Positions 24,032 to 37,833 of a DNA stretch of 64,000 nucleotides are shown in pieces (position 1 is the first letter of the stretch; each line of letters starts with the position of its first letter). Made by a program: the position numbers and the translations under genes. This DNA is from Podarcis pityusensis (Eukaryota): the NCBI GenBank assembly GCA_964106645.2, contig OZ067039.1. One strand, 5' to 3'. Below the pieces are notes generated by a model, which saw only the letters and a program-made list of their open reading frames with translations, did not search any database and was not told the origin of the DNA.

Positions 24032-25938
24032 CTCTATTTAGTCTGTGAGCTGGGAAACTGCTCTCATTTCTCTGTCGCTTGGAGCAGTTTGCACTGGCAG
24101 AAGTGCTTTGGCCACCAGTATTCAGTGATCATAAGACTGGAAGAAATCTCAAAGGTATTGAGTTGAGCCTCTGTCCTGCATTCAGGGTCCCCTCTCTGGG
24201 ACTTAGGTGTACTTTGTTGCATAAATGGTGGCTTATGGATTGTGTTCATTGTGTCTCAAGGAAAATGACCTAATGAGCTTGGAAGGATAATCATATTAAG
24301 AAATGCTGGAAATGCTTAAAAAGATATGGCTTAGCTTGAGTTAGAACTCACCAAAGCTCAGCCCCAGGTCAGGGTATTTAAAATATTTGTTCTGGACATG
24401 TGATGTCATAATACAGTGGATTAAATTCCTTTCCCTCCACTGAGAAGTAGCCATACCTTTCCACTGAATGAGACCTTTCAACAACTCAGCCATGCCTTGG
24501 CTCGTTTGTCTCAGGAAAAGACGTGTTTGCAAATTCATGGGTGCCTACATCTGTAGTCTGAGAAACCCCACTGCCTGTGTTGCTGGATATGGGCAGTGTT
24601 TCTTCCTGCCTAAGTTTGTGCAATATTGGAGGTCAAAGGGGAAGATAGACAAGCCTTCTCCAGAAGATGGCCTTAAAAGAAGATTGTGAGCTCATGTCCT
24701 TGTACAATGACCAGGGCCCCTCTTCTCCATGGAGAGCAGCCTCTTCTCTCCATGCTATCCTGCCCTCTTGCATTTGTTCAGGATGCCAGATGCAAACGCA
24801 CAGAGCCCCTTTGTCCCAGGGAGCAACAGTGCAGGCTTGGCCCTGTTTGCTGTGCCTTGATAGACATGCCTCAGACAGTTGCCTCTCTGAGGATGGTCTG
24901 CCAGCCGGCACCTGTTGCAGCTGTAGCCTCACCCTTGACCTGCCCTTCCTCATCCTGTCTCTTCTGTCACCCCTCCCCCCCTTTCCTTCCCTCCCCATTT
25001 CCCTTGTGCCTCTTCCTAGCTCTGCACTGAGAAGGGGATTGTCTCATTGGTTCTTGCAACTGGATGGCAATTTCATATCTCGGCATCTGGGAGAAGAGGG
25101 TCAGGGGCAGTGATGCTAATCTGGAGCATAGTTTTTCTTTTGTCCTCCTCCTCCATCCTGGAGCTCTTGAAAGCGAGACTTCAGAAGTTCTTCTGTACAT
25201 ATATTTCTAGCTGCAATTGAAACTAACAGGTCATACATTACACTCGTCAACACCTCAATTTCTTTAAAGCTGGTGTAATCATACACATTTTTAAGACAAG
25301 TGACACTTAAAACATCATGACACCGACAGACTGGAAACTTAGGCAAGCAAATAAAAGAATCCAATCTTTTTGCACTGACCTTTCTGAGGTCCTTAAGAAG
25401 TAGGATTTCTTAATTTAGAACTTTCAAAGATGCGGGAATGTGGAGTTGTGGGTGTGTATCTCTGTGCTCCTGTACTGATCCCACTGAGGTGGAGGGAGGG
25501 GCCTAGCAGTGCGTCATGAGCTCCTACTGTGGTTCAGGTAACAGCATTGCTAGGCTGCATGCACTTTTGTTCTTCTTTGTTCCTGCTGCCCTCCTTTGGG
25601 TCCTCTCTGCTATTGGTACATTTTATGTGCTTCTGCAAATGTCCAAGATTCCCCTAAGTATGCCAGGAGCTCCCTCAATATGGCTGCTAAGGGATCAGCA
25701 CACTGTGCCTGAGCTTGGCATTAGCATGAGTGTTATGCTCTCAAGGCACTTTAATAAAAAATATCTGTGCATCTTCTTCACCTTAAAGAAACTACTGGTA
25801 GACACGATTTCTCACCTAAGCCTTTGTGGGGTCATACGAACAGCCCTGCTGGTCAGAACACAGGCTAACAGTGGGCAGCCAGAAGCCACTAAGTAATGCT
25901 AGCTATACAGATGTGACTGTTGGTACATTGCTCTACAC

Positions 25939-26186
25939 CAGGGATAGGCAACCTAAGGCCCGGGGGCCAGATGCGGTCCAATCGCCTTCTCAGTTTGGCC
26001 CACGGACGGTCCGGGAATCAGCTTGTTTTTACATGAGTAGAATGTGTCCTTTTATTTAAAATGCATCTCTGGGTTATTTGTTTTATAGGAATTTGTTCAT
26101 TCCCCCCCCCCCAATATAGTCCGGCCCCTCACATGGTCTGAGGGACGGTGGACCGGCCCACGGCTGAGAAAGGTTGCTGACCCCTG
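25939..26186 (+). mobile_element. hAT (Charlie-type) non-autonomous element
   Basis: TIRs CAGGGATAGGCAACCT / AGGTTGCTGACCCCTG, TSD CTCTACAC / ATCTACAC (7/8). Same family as 62111-62430. Confidence 0.9.
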
Positions 26187-26212
26187 ATCTACACCCCTAA
26201 AAAAATCCCCCT

Positions 26213-26318
26213 GGATTGTAGCCAACTAAGTTCTACTCAGAGTAGACCCATTAAAATTAATGACTCCATGTTAGCCGTGTCTGGTCATTTCAGTGGGTGT
26301 GCTCTGAGTTGACTTAAC
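26213..26318. mobile_element. Palindromic MITE (CTCAGAGTAGACCCATT family)
   Basis: AAGTTCTACTCAGAGTAGACCCATT...AGTGGGTGTGCTCTGAGTTGACTT inverted arms. Confidence 0.65.
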
Positions 26319-26331
26319 TCCTCTGAGCAAA

Positions 26332-26332
<1 letters not shown>

Positions 26333-26369
<37 letters not shown>
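26333..26369. repeat. (TGTC)n microsatellite
   Basis: About 9 tandem units. Confidence 0.95.
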
Positions 26370-26370
<1 letters not shown>

Positions 26371-28199
26371 GAGTATAGAAGTTTTAGCTTACCCAAATGC
26401 AGAAAACAGGCTTCTGGCACAAAGGGAGAGAGAGATTGAGAAGTAGAATTGCGATGCTCCACTTCAGCCTTGTAATTAGGTGTTCATGGATGCCTATGGC
26501 AAGTAGAAACTGCCTTTAGGTGCCCATTATTATGGTATGGGAGTCCTCATCCCCCTCTCTCCCAGAAAGTGAGAGTGAACAAAGCCACAGCAGCCACTGC
26601 TCCTGGGGGAATATAGCTGGGAGCTGTGGCTGCTGCATTTGTGCATATGTTCTCTTGCTGTCAAAAGAGGGAGAATATCAACACTGGCTGCCCAGGAAAG
26701 CACTACTGCCTTTCTGATCTCTGTTGCTTTCCTGACAGAGAGACAGGGGGAGAACTCATGTTCAGTCAGAGGTAAAAGAGGAAGGGATGGGTGGGTGCAA
26801 CTTAGCTAAAAACAAACAAATAAATGTGCATTTGTTACATGGCTAAAATGGAAATTCAATGGGGCAGCTGCACTGTAGGAAGTTATAGTTCCTCTCCCTG
26901 ATTGGTGGGTTTCTCATTAATTTACTGCTATACACACCTAAACAAAACTGCAGTAAGTAACCATAGCAGATTAAAAAAAACTTTTTAATCACTAGATATT
27001 TTGTTATTTTGGAATTCTTTCACCTCTGTGGTGTTATAGAAGAGATGCCCTGCTGGCCTTCCCCCAGTCCCAGTCATTACATTTCTGTTGTCATGGGGTT
27101 GTTGTACACAAATGCAATGATCTTTGAATTTGCAAAGGTGACTAAATGTGAAGATGACTTTTTCATATGCTAGGATTGCCACATAGAAGCCACATCCTCT
27201 TTGTACTCCCTTGCCTGCGTTGTTTGACTTGTGGTCAAACAGACCACAAGTCAAACAGAGAATTACATACTGTATTGCTCTTTTTTCCACACCAACTCTT
27301 TGTTGTTCTTTGTGATTTCCTTTGGAAGATAGCGCAGCTTTTCTACACCCTTGCTTTTGCCAAACTCTCTTCTTCGCAATTATTTGATTATAATTATTTA
27401 ATCTGATCACTCTAGATCAGATTAATGCTATGTTCAGTTTAGATTAGATTGGCATTGCAAGGGAAGAAAAAAGTACTAATTATGAACACTTAGAGCATAG
27501 CTTGAGATAGGAGTTCTCTGTAGCTTGCTGTATGGCCTTGTGTATTGTCCCAGTTCTTGGTTCCTCCCTGTTTTTGAAAAGAGCAACCCGCTTATTCAGA
27601 CAGCCACCATCTGTTATTAAACCTACAAATGGTCCCAAGAAAGACAGAAGTCCCTTAAATATTGATGAGGGAGAAATGAGACCTTTTGAGCCTATTGCCT
27701 CAGGCACTTGGGCATTTACAGATTTTCTGTCACCCTGGTGGGAGTGATGGGGGAAGAGGAGAGATTAAACACTGTGAACCTCTTGGAAGGGGATTATCTG
27801 AACACCAAGTTCTGTTGGAGTTTTTATTTGTCTCTCTCAAGGTTGTTTACACAAGTTATCTAGGCTCTGTTAGAAGAAATGAGAGCCTTTTAGAGCCAGA
27901 CTCAGTTCTAGCCAGGAGAGTTTCTCTGTAAATGAGATAAGGTTGGGGCCAATGAGATTAGGATTAGGCCTGGCAGGGAATCTCCTTAGAGATAAGAGAG
28001 TGGGGACACCATAAATAAGGCAGGTAAATTCCAGAGGGATCTGTAGGGGATATCTTTAGGGTTATTATATTTAGGGACTTCTTTCTCAGAGATGTTGGCC
28101 AAATATTAGTCTTAGTAGAGGATTCATGTTTATTTCATGATTGGAATGTAGTGGTTTACTATTTCATTATACTTTATCAACAAACTGATCTGAACAGTT

Positions 28200-28580
28200 T
28201 ATGAGGAATTGAAAATATGCTGATTGTTGCGTTGAAAGATTAGGATGTTCATCATCAAAGTCTATGAGGAATAACTTGAGAGTTGTTTTTGTCAAGGTAC
28301 CCCCTGCTCTGTGACATAATCTTTTGTATTATTTCCAGTCTAATAGTTTATTAACTTCATTGACATATCTCCCATGAAAACTCTCAACTGAAGCAGAAAT
28401 TGCCAGTCAGCATAGATGACTTTTACACAAGACATCTTATTTTATTTATGTATATAGTCAGTTACTTTCTGTAAACATAAGCTTTCTTTGGTTGGTCACC
28501 ACAGAGCACGATATGCTTTTGAAAGATTTGGCCTTAGGGGGAAAAGAATAACTGTCCTTGGAATTTTCTCGCTATCCTAA
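28200..28580 (+). mobile_element. Possible degenerate L1 ORF1 remnant
   Basis: Plus-strand pieces translate to KSMRNNLRVVFV (cf. L1 ORF1 RRNNLRI) and GKRITVLGIFS. Many stops, boundaries uncertain. Confidence 0.35.
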
Positions 28581-30829
28581 TCTAAACCTAAGGCTTGGTG
28601 TGTATTTAACCCTAGTTAAGAGATCCCTTACTTTTGCACATTCCTTTTCCTCCTCCGTTCTCCTTGATTTTATCTTTGTGCCCCTTTCCCTTCCCCTACA
28701 TAAGACTCCCAATGGAGGGTATATTTTTAGCAACTTGGAAAGTTTGGGAATATCTGACTAGTGTTACTTGCCACCCTTTCCCTGGATCATTGTTTTGCAT
28801 CAGTCTCATCCAACCAATAAATCTGCATCGCTTTCTTTTTGTGTGGTCATTATTGCTTCCTCTGTTGGTCAGCTGGATTGCTTGAAAATGGCCACCTGAT
28901 TAGTCTGCCTTGGGTATAAACCCTAGACAATGGTATGCTTGTTTTTGTGTGAGAAACTCTATACACACACTCTCCAACAAGAAGACATGAGATGTAGGGG
29001 ATTTTGCCAGTATAAGTCTTTTAGTTATTTCTTTCAGTTCATGAGGATTACTTCCTTACTTTAGAGACTGGGTGCTTTATATAGTCTCCCCCCCCCTTGA
29101 GAAGACAAAGAATGGACTTGTTGAAGCAGAGGGCTCAGAGTCATGAGATCAGGTTCTATTCTTGGTTGCGCCACAGACAGTGTAATCTAGGCCGTGTTCC
29201 TTCCCCTTTAATGCTTTGGTACGTCCAAGGGAATAGGTGGTTTCCTGCCTTATCGTTGAAGTCATTGACATTTGTGGCGCTCTTCAAGGCCCCGATCACC
29301 CTCCTTAAGCTTTTCTTACCTTATAACTGGACTTGGACAGGTGGAGGACACTTTCAAGTGAAAGTCTGCCTCTCTAACATGGGGCACTAAGGATAGAAGC
29401 ATAGTGGGAATAGTGAGATGAAGTAGGACACGTAGAACGAAAACAATTCGGCAACGACTTGAACAACCCCCCATCTGTTTACATTCTTAGGATGCACTCT
29501 AAATTTACCCCTTCCTGTTCGTGGAGCTTTGATGGGCAGCAGGGCTCGGCTCACATCTGCAGCCCTGGTACTCTTAGCTGCAGCTCAAAGTGGTGGGTGG
29601 AGCAGGACAACCGGGCCCAATGCTGTCAGGTGATGACAGTGAGACTGGCTTGGGATTCAGTGGATCCCAGATTAACTCGTTCCAACTACCTCCCTGCTCT
29701 TGGAATGTCCTATTTTGGAACATTTGAAGGATCTCACCAGCAGGCCTCTCTGCCCTGCACACATGTTTGTTGGTTGGTGCAAAGCTATCTGAGCTAGGAG
29801 AGCTGGGTGGAGGGGCACTTCCACCATTCAACACACACATGCATCCCAGTGTAGTGAGGATGGGGCACAGATTGTTCTGTTAGTGTGTTAAAAGAATTTG
29901 TGTTTCTTGTTTTATGCAATAGGATAAAATAAGAAAGAAAAAAATCCTGCCCGTTTCATGTGCTCGGGTTTTCCCTCTGTGCTGTTGGACCATGAGAATA
30001 ATACCTTCAGTTGTGGTTTTAAAATCTTGTTTCTGAACCAGTAACTGGAATTTATTTTGATTCTGTTTCTGTTCTAACAGAAACTTCCAGTCAAGGATTC
30101 ATTTTCTTTTCTTTAGGGGGTGGGAGGGAGGGGTTCGGTTTCTAGCTCAGATGCAATATGTTTTTGTGTTGTTTGACTGTCTTTCTGTTTTTTCCCTTGA
30201 ATTAAAGGCCACCTTTCCCCTTCCTTGCTGAATTTCAAATATCTTTCTCTTGGCTCTGTACTGTTCTGTTGTTTTGTTGGTAATGAATAAATAAAGCTAA
30301 ATTAAAGCGTTTAAAATGGATTCCAAGGCTGAATCAGTTCTGATTTTGGCAGGATACATGCATCTTTTCTTCCTGGTGTCAGGAAGAGACATTGACCCTG
30401 GAATTTGGGGGAATGTTTTCTTGTCTGCTTTTGTCTGTCCAGTCTCCAATATAATTCCCCTAACCCAGTTTGTTTCTCAAACCAGATGGCTCCTGGTGCT
30501 AAGGCTTTAGGGAGGTCTCCAGAATCTGCACCCCTCCACTAGAGTTCACGCACTCTTCAGCTTGTTTATTCTCTCCCATGGAAGCTGCAGCTGATCTGGC
30601 CTCATTTCTGTTTTTGTTGGCTCATCTTCTTTAATAGAAATAACAACAATAAAATAAACAACCACTCCGTGTTAAGTAGGTTATCCTGCCCTGGCTATGC
30701 TCTGTTCATCACTTCTGCTGGTGAGCTAGAGTTTAAGAATTAATAGCCTTGTCTCCCCATGTCTGTGATGACCTGAGGCCTAGTTTTAACCAGTGTCTAC
30801 AGAGTGCCGTGCTTTACATTGCTACTCAG

Positions 30830-31123
30830 GGTGATATTCAACTGTTTTACTCAGAGTAGGCCCATTTCTTTATGTATTTATATCCTACTATTTTCTTACG
30901 GTGGCATGCAAGGTTCTCTCCCTCCTCATTTAATCCCCACAGTGATCTCGTGAGGTAAATTAGGCTAAGAAGCAGTGATTGGTCCAAGGTCACACAATGG
31001 ACTTAATGGCCGAGTGCGGATTTGAACCCTGTTCTCCCAGGTTCTAGTTTGATCCTCTAAATTAATGAGCATGACTAAGTTAGGTCCATTAATTTCAATG
31101 GGTCTACTCTAAAACATATCACC
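30830..31123. mobile_element. Palindromic MITE split by a minus-strand SINE (about 30867-31059)
   Basis: Left arm GGTGATAT...TACTCAGAGTAGGCCCATT, right arm ATTAATG...AATGGGTCTACTCT...ATATCACC. The insert has CCAAGGTCACAC and GGATTTGAACC (reverse B-box), typical of a MIR/SINE2-like element. Confidence 0.72.
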
Positions 31124-34100
31124 AGTTTTTCACAAGGTGGTGTTGTTTTTTAAAAAGAGAACTAATTTTGCCTGAGCAACTGTCTTCAGAAATGCTGTCT
31201 ATGCCAAGTTCCATGGTATACAGTTAAGCCATGGAATAATAAAATGTTGGTCAGATTTGGGAGGAAGATGGTGTGCAATCAACTGCAGTCCAGTGCAATT
31301 TAAAGAGAAGAAAACCAAAATCACATCAAAATGAATGGGAGTAATTTGTTACCTCAAGATAACCTTGGTATTCTCAAGGAAATCCTAGGGAGGCGATTTG
31401 TCATGTGTAGACGAGGCCTCAATGATCATTTAAACACATCCCAGGAGCAATGAAACAGTGGACTTTGAAAGTGAGAGAAGCTCGGATAGATCTCTTCAAC
31501 AACCAGCGTATTGTACAGCCCAGTATGTTACAGTTCCCTGAAAGAAACAATTTCTCCAAAGAGTCTGGCCGGTCTGGAGAATTGCAAGGTTTCGAGTGCA
31601 AGGTGTCACCTTAGTGTTCTTTCTCAGTTTCAGATGCATTCAAATGCAGAGTTTAGGAAGAATTCCTATCAATTAAACTTGAGAATGCATCTCCTGTACT
31701 GTCTACCTGGTTGACACCTGGCAGAAACTGGGGCCAGAAGCTCTGGGACAATTCTGGGAAGAAGCGGCAACAACTGTGGCTTGCGACTCGCTGCTTGCGT
31801 TATCCAGCCTGCCCTGGCAATGGTGCTCGGGATTTCGTACCTCAGTGCTTAGAGGCGAGGCAGCTTAAAGAGCTTCTGGCTGCAAATTTCTCTGCTTTGA
31901 CTAAGCGTGTGAGATCATGTTGGTCTTGTAAGGTCGTTGCTTCTCATGTGACTGTGCTTTGCTGTGCCTTGTGAGGCACAGCATGGCTGTTAAACCATTT
32001 TCATAAAAAGGTGCCAGGTTTGTCAACAACATTATAAGGCACAGTCCACCAGCAGGAAAAAGGCCATTTCTCTCTTGCGTCACTTTTCCTTCTCAACTGT
32101 CAGATAGTGCTGCCCCGGACACAGTTTGCACCAGTTCTGTCTGTTATTCCTTCTTAGGTCACGCTGTTCTAAACCCTTCAGCCTCTCTTTTAATTCACAG
32201 CTTTCCAAAGGCTTTTCGACCTTGGCTTCCTGTCACTCCCACCCTTGCAGCCTGCCCTTCCCAACCCCTGTGATGTCTCTCAATCAGTCACAGTGAGCTC
32301 CTGACACTCCAAGCTCTTTGCTCTTGTCTGTAATCCCATTTACTGCCTGTAGCCCTGTTGACAGGATTGACTGGTGTGTCTGTGATGTAGCTGTGCGTGC
32401 GTATGTCTTGGTACTTCTTTTTAAAGTGTAGATAGTTTTAAAAGAAAGAAACTAGGTTCTACAATCAATAAATGGACGTTCTGCACTCAGAGTGAACAAA
32501 GCCATAGAAATATATTTGTGCAGTATTATTTGTGAAATTGTGAATGTGCTGCGAGGAATTTGGATAAAAATAGTGGGGAAGAGTGGAGGCAGCAGATCTC
32601 ACAATGGCAGAGGTAGTATTACATAGTTTTCCCTGGGTTGCCAACCTTTTGAGGCCTGTGGGCACATTTGGATTTTTGAGCGAGTACTGTGGGTACCACC
32701 CCCTCTGGTCAGTGTTCTCCCCCGTCCTCCAGATCAGCCCCCCTTTAAGATACAGAAACCGAGAAAGTACATGGCATGAATACACCCCCCCCTAAATTGA
32801 ATATATCTGAATCTTGAAAAGCACACAGTACCTAAGGGGAAGTGGGATAGAATACCAGTCCTCTCAACTTCCTCTTTCAATTCTCTGTACTTTTCAAGGG
32901 AGGAAAAGGAAACCACCCTCAGCACCTCATGACCAAGAGGGCTGTGTGTGTGTGGAGTGGAGGAGCTCAGAGGCTTTGTGGGTGCAAGGGGAAGTCCTCA
33001 AAACCACCACCACATCCACAGGCACCACATGGGCAGCCCTAAAGTGTTTTGTGGGATTAAGTTGCACTCCCTTTCAATTTTTGCCATATTTTTAATTCAA
33101 ACTTCACATCATACAATACAATAAAAAACAAACTTATCTAAATAAAAATAAAACGGGAAAAGAGAAAGGGAGGGGGGAAAATACAAAGCCCTCTTTCAAA
33201 GGTAGATCTTCAACCTTGTTTCACACAGAAGTGGGTTGACCCTCCCAGCTCTCACCTGGGAGCTTCTCTTTCTTCTCCCACCCTGGGAGATCTCCCCTTC
33301 CCTGCCTCCCACAGTCTTTCACCATCCATCCATCACCTTCATGAAGATGCACTCCCTTTCCATTATAAACCCTGCTTCTAATTTCTGACGGAATGACAAG
33401 AAACTGCCATAATGTGTTCAGATTTTTATTTTTTTTAATTCACAATCGTAAGGGCTGGGTGCTCCCCCTCTTCTTCTAAAGGGAGGCAGAAATGATCAGG
33501 CTTGTGAAGCAATCCTGCTAGATTTTATGTAGGAAAAACAAATTCTATTAATTATACTATGATTGCAGCCACACACAGATTCCTAGGCTTAAAATGTACT
33601 AAAAACAACTTAATATTCTCAGAATGCACTAGAAGTGCATTTTCCTTGAAATTTTGAGAGACAAACCAGTACAGCGGCAGAGTTGGATCTCAGCCATGGC
33701 TTCCCATTGCAAATGTTAGCCGAGTTGCTCCTCTTGCAACATTTTCCTAAGTAATGCCTTTGGATAACTACTTAATAAACATTGGGCCTCCTTTCCTTGG
33801 CCTCACAGTGTGGAGAGGGGAGCTCACCCTCCCTTTTAGCAGACTCTGTGTGAACTTGATGCTTTTTACTCACCTGCCTGTGCTGTTCCTGCGCTCCCAC
33901 TTGGGAGTTGTGTTTTGGGGAATAGGATTCTTTCCTCTTTTTGCATCCTAGGGAACTGCTTTAGGATCAAAAGCAGCAAAAGCAACCTTATAAAGACTAA
34001 TAAATTTGTTGCGGTGTAAGCATTTGTGAAGTATGGTCCTGCTTCCTCAGATGCGTTTAGAACCAGTTAACAGCTGGCCCCATCCCTGCTTCCGTGCTGA

Positions 34101-34658
34101 GCATTTGGCTTCAGGGTGCTGGGCTGACCTGCCCTGCTCTCAGTCTGGAATGTCATATGCTTGTCATGTGGAGAGAGCCTCCCACTAGAGCCCCAGGGCT
34201 TAGTCGCTGTAGCCAGCAAAGGAGAGCTGGACCCACCAAACAAGGAGATTGCTAAGCCAGCTGTCTTGTGCTGCACAAGGGCCTTTTGTTCTCATTCCTG
34301 GGCTTCTTTCTGTCTCTTTTTATCGGGTTTCTTTCCTCCCCTCGCTCTCCCATTCTCTCTGCAGTCCCTCTAGGCACCCCTGTTTTCTTATTTCTGAACG
34401 CAGGTAGCTCCCTCCGAGGGTGTCCTGTATCTTCAGGCCCCATGCGTTTGCCTCTTCGTCTCTGTATCTCTTACTCATTTCCTCCATTCAATAGCAATAA
34501 CGTTAATGGCATGACAAGGTAGCCAAGTGTTGCCAAAGCGAATCCATCAAATACTTCTCAGCTACTCCCCAAACCCCCTGGGAGCCCTTTAAGTGCAAGC
34601 CCTTTTAATAAAGGTAGAGGCTGGTAGCTCTGTTGTGTTAAGTTGGGGAGTGGGAGAC

Positions 34659-34660
<2 letters not shown>

Positions 34661-34693
<33 letters not shown>
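34661..34693. repeat. (GA)n microsatellite
   Basis: About 16 GA units. Confidence 0.95.
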
Positions 34694-34696
<3 letters not shown>

Positions 34697-37600
34697 AGCT
34701 TGGTCTGGCCGCAGTAAGAGCCGTATGTGGGGGAAGGCAAATATCCTTTCCTGCATCCACTGGCTGGGAGCTTGTGTGCTCTTTTGTCAGCATCTGGCTT
34801 TGTGGAGCCGGCCAGTTCCAAACAGGATGTTCCATTGTTGCAGGAAACAATTACAAATCTATCATTAACCATTGGCCTCAGAGAGAAAGGACAGGTTTAG
34901 GGCTGGTGGGAGTGGGGTGGGGGGAGAGGGTTTGACAGCAGCCAAGTGCCCTTCCGCAAGTGAGCTCAATGAGACCCTTTTACAAACCGGATTGGAGGCT
35001 CTTCCTCTCCTGTGAAGTCTGCCCAGAGTCTCCAGGCTGGCCGACCAGCCGGAGGCAGCTGTGTGTGCCAACTCAGGACAGAGGTTTCTATTGCTAATGT
35101 CTTACTGTGATGTTCTTCTGACCCTCCAGTTTAGGGTTGCTTTTTGTGTTAGGTTGAACTAACAGGGCACTTTTTCCTAAAGTAGTCTTAACCAGTGCTT
35201 TTCTTTTAGGGAAAAAGGGTGCCGGTAATGTGTACCCTTGAGTACCCCCACGGAAAAACCCTGCTTAAAACATAATATTATTGAGAACGATCATATTCTG
35301 TTTTAATGATGTTTCTACCTGGAATGAAGACACAGATATGCTGAGGTTTCAGAAATAGCCTTGCTGTGCTTTCATATTTCTCATGTTTGACAATTCTTAA
35401 TCTTTGTGCCCACCCCAAAAGAGAATTTAGACATGGAACTGGTGTGTGAGAGCATATCTATGTTGCAGAAAAGTTACATGGAAAGTGGTCGTCTTTGATT
35501 ACAAGCAACGACTGATCTGCCACGTCCGAATGACGTGCGACTGCGCACGTGTGCATGGTACCGAACCCAGAAGTAGCCCCAAAATGTCATAAAGCCTTCA
35601 TGGAAAGAGGTCGAACTGGGTGGGCTTATGCATGCTCCGCTGACATGTGCAGGGGTTCAGAACGGAACCCCTGTGCAAAATGAGGATTGTCTGTATTTTG
35701 TCATAAGTGTCTCCTGGCCCCCCCCCCCTCCAAGGAGCTCAAAGCATTATCCATGGGATTCTGGTGCACTATTCCATCCAATAATTGATCAGGTCCTGCT
35801 TAAGAGAACACAGGTAACATCAAACCATGTGCAGCTCCTCACCCCATCCCAGACCTCTGGAATTGCTGTTTGCACTTGTGACTTGGACTGGTGTGCGTTT
35901 TCATTGACCAGAGCTACTGCGTAACTATAGTCTTTTCCTTTCCTTAGGTCACCTGTGATGCATGGGCAATAACTTTTCGTTGAATCTGTCCTATATTTGG
36001 AACAGTGTAGAAAGATAAAAGAAATGAGGAAAACAGCCCCCTGCTTCTGTCTTCCAGCCAGCTTTATGCACAGTACAAGAGGCAACAGCAAACCCTGACA
36101 TACTCACTCCCCTGCCCCTTGAAAGTGCTGAGCTTGCACATCTCCATGGCTTCTGTTCCTCAGTGACTGGATAAGGAGCCGTGCATAACCTCTGTTCATC
36201 AGCCAGCACTTGCTGCTGGATTAGACGGATGGAAGCAAAAGGCAACTCAGGGTAGCAGGCTTTGCACTAAGCACTGGTGTCAATTAGGAAATGTTGCATT
36301 TATCAGGGTCTCCCAGCAGTGTAGTCAAGACAGCTCAAACATTCAAAGCCTGTGGGTGCTTCTCCCTCCCATTAATATGACTGGAAAGAGTGGAGGGGAC
36401 TAAATAATGCTAAAAGCCAAAGAAATAATGAGCTGATAATAGACAACAAGCTTGACATGAACGAATGATGTGACTCCTCAGAGACTGACGTCGTTTTCTG
36501 AAAAGTAAACAGGGATGAGTTTGTCTCTTTCTTTCTATATTTTCATAGTGAGGCTTGGGATAAAGTGTGCAAGCCTGACACAGCCTGATTCTTTCTGGTC
36601 ACAAGCAGATCTATCAGTCACAGGCAAGCTTGGTTTATTAGGAATTGTTCTCCTGCTGCATTGTGTCTTAGTGCCCCATAAGATGTGGGCATATCCGAAC
36701 CTCCAAGTCCTTAGTCTGCCAGATAGGACCAAACGCAGTTGCCCTGATAGCAATGTTATCAGTCTCAGCAAAACATGACACTTCTAAACACGGGATGCAC
36801 ATAAAGTTTCATGCTTGCCTCCACTTCCTCAGCAGGCAATGATGGTTATAGGTTGTGGTTTCACTCTGCACCAGGGTGTTTTTGGACATACTTTCACAGC
36901 ACAGGAGCAGGAGATGTGGAAGGAGAATGAAGATAAAAGGTACTATGTATAGCCCATGTGTGCTTCTAAGGGACCAACCTCTGTTCCATGGTTAAAAAGC
37001 TGTCAAATGGTTTCTCTCCATCCTCCAGTCCCCCTGACCCGCATTCCTCGCCTTTGACCCAAACTTTTTTGCATAAAAAGAGAGGAGAGGTAGATCCTCT
37101 GCAAGTGACCTGGCTCCGGGGACCCCTGCAGGGAAAGCGGTTGGGGTGGCAGTGATGAAAAGCTTTACCATTGAGATGGAAATGAGATAGGAGGCTAAAA
37201 TTCTTGAGAGGGTCCTCCTGTCGGGGATCATTGTGTCCATTTAGAAGCTGGAGCACTAATTAATTTGAGCCTTTCTGTTGGCAGAATTACTTCCACATTG
37301 TCCCCCACTGGAGGGGGAGAGTGGAGAGGAGGAGTGTGAGACAGCACCACAAGGTGAATAATGGAGGTGTCTTTTCTAGAGACAGAGGGGGGTCTATAGA
37401 TTGTGCTGGTGTGGAAGGAGGCTGTTCCGGTATCCAAGGCAAGCCTTTGTCCCTGGCTAACACAGATTAATGGTGCTAGTGGAATATTGCCTGCTCTCTG
37501 TCTCATTCTGATCTCCCTTCCTGTGCAGGCGACTTTACATTTTAATGATGTATATGTGTGTGGTTAACTCTTTCTCCTATCCCAAGTCAATAGACCTATG

Positions 37601-37833
37601 GAGGATTGTTCCTTGGGTGAAGGACAGCAGTTCCTTTTTAAAAATTTTGGACAGCAAAGTATTGCAAAGAATCAAAGAAAGACATAACAGCCTGGTTCAT
37701 TGTCAGTTATGGAGAAAAGCAAAGGTGCTGCAGTCCTGGCTATGAAAGCTGCAAAAGTCATTTCTCCTCAAAGGGAGTGTTGATTCGTAAAAAGCTAGCA
37801 GGAGTTTTGATGCTGTGCATATTAAGACAGGAG

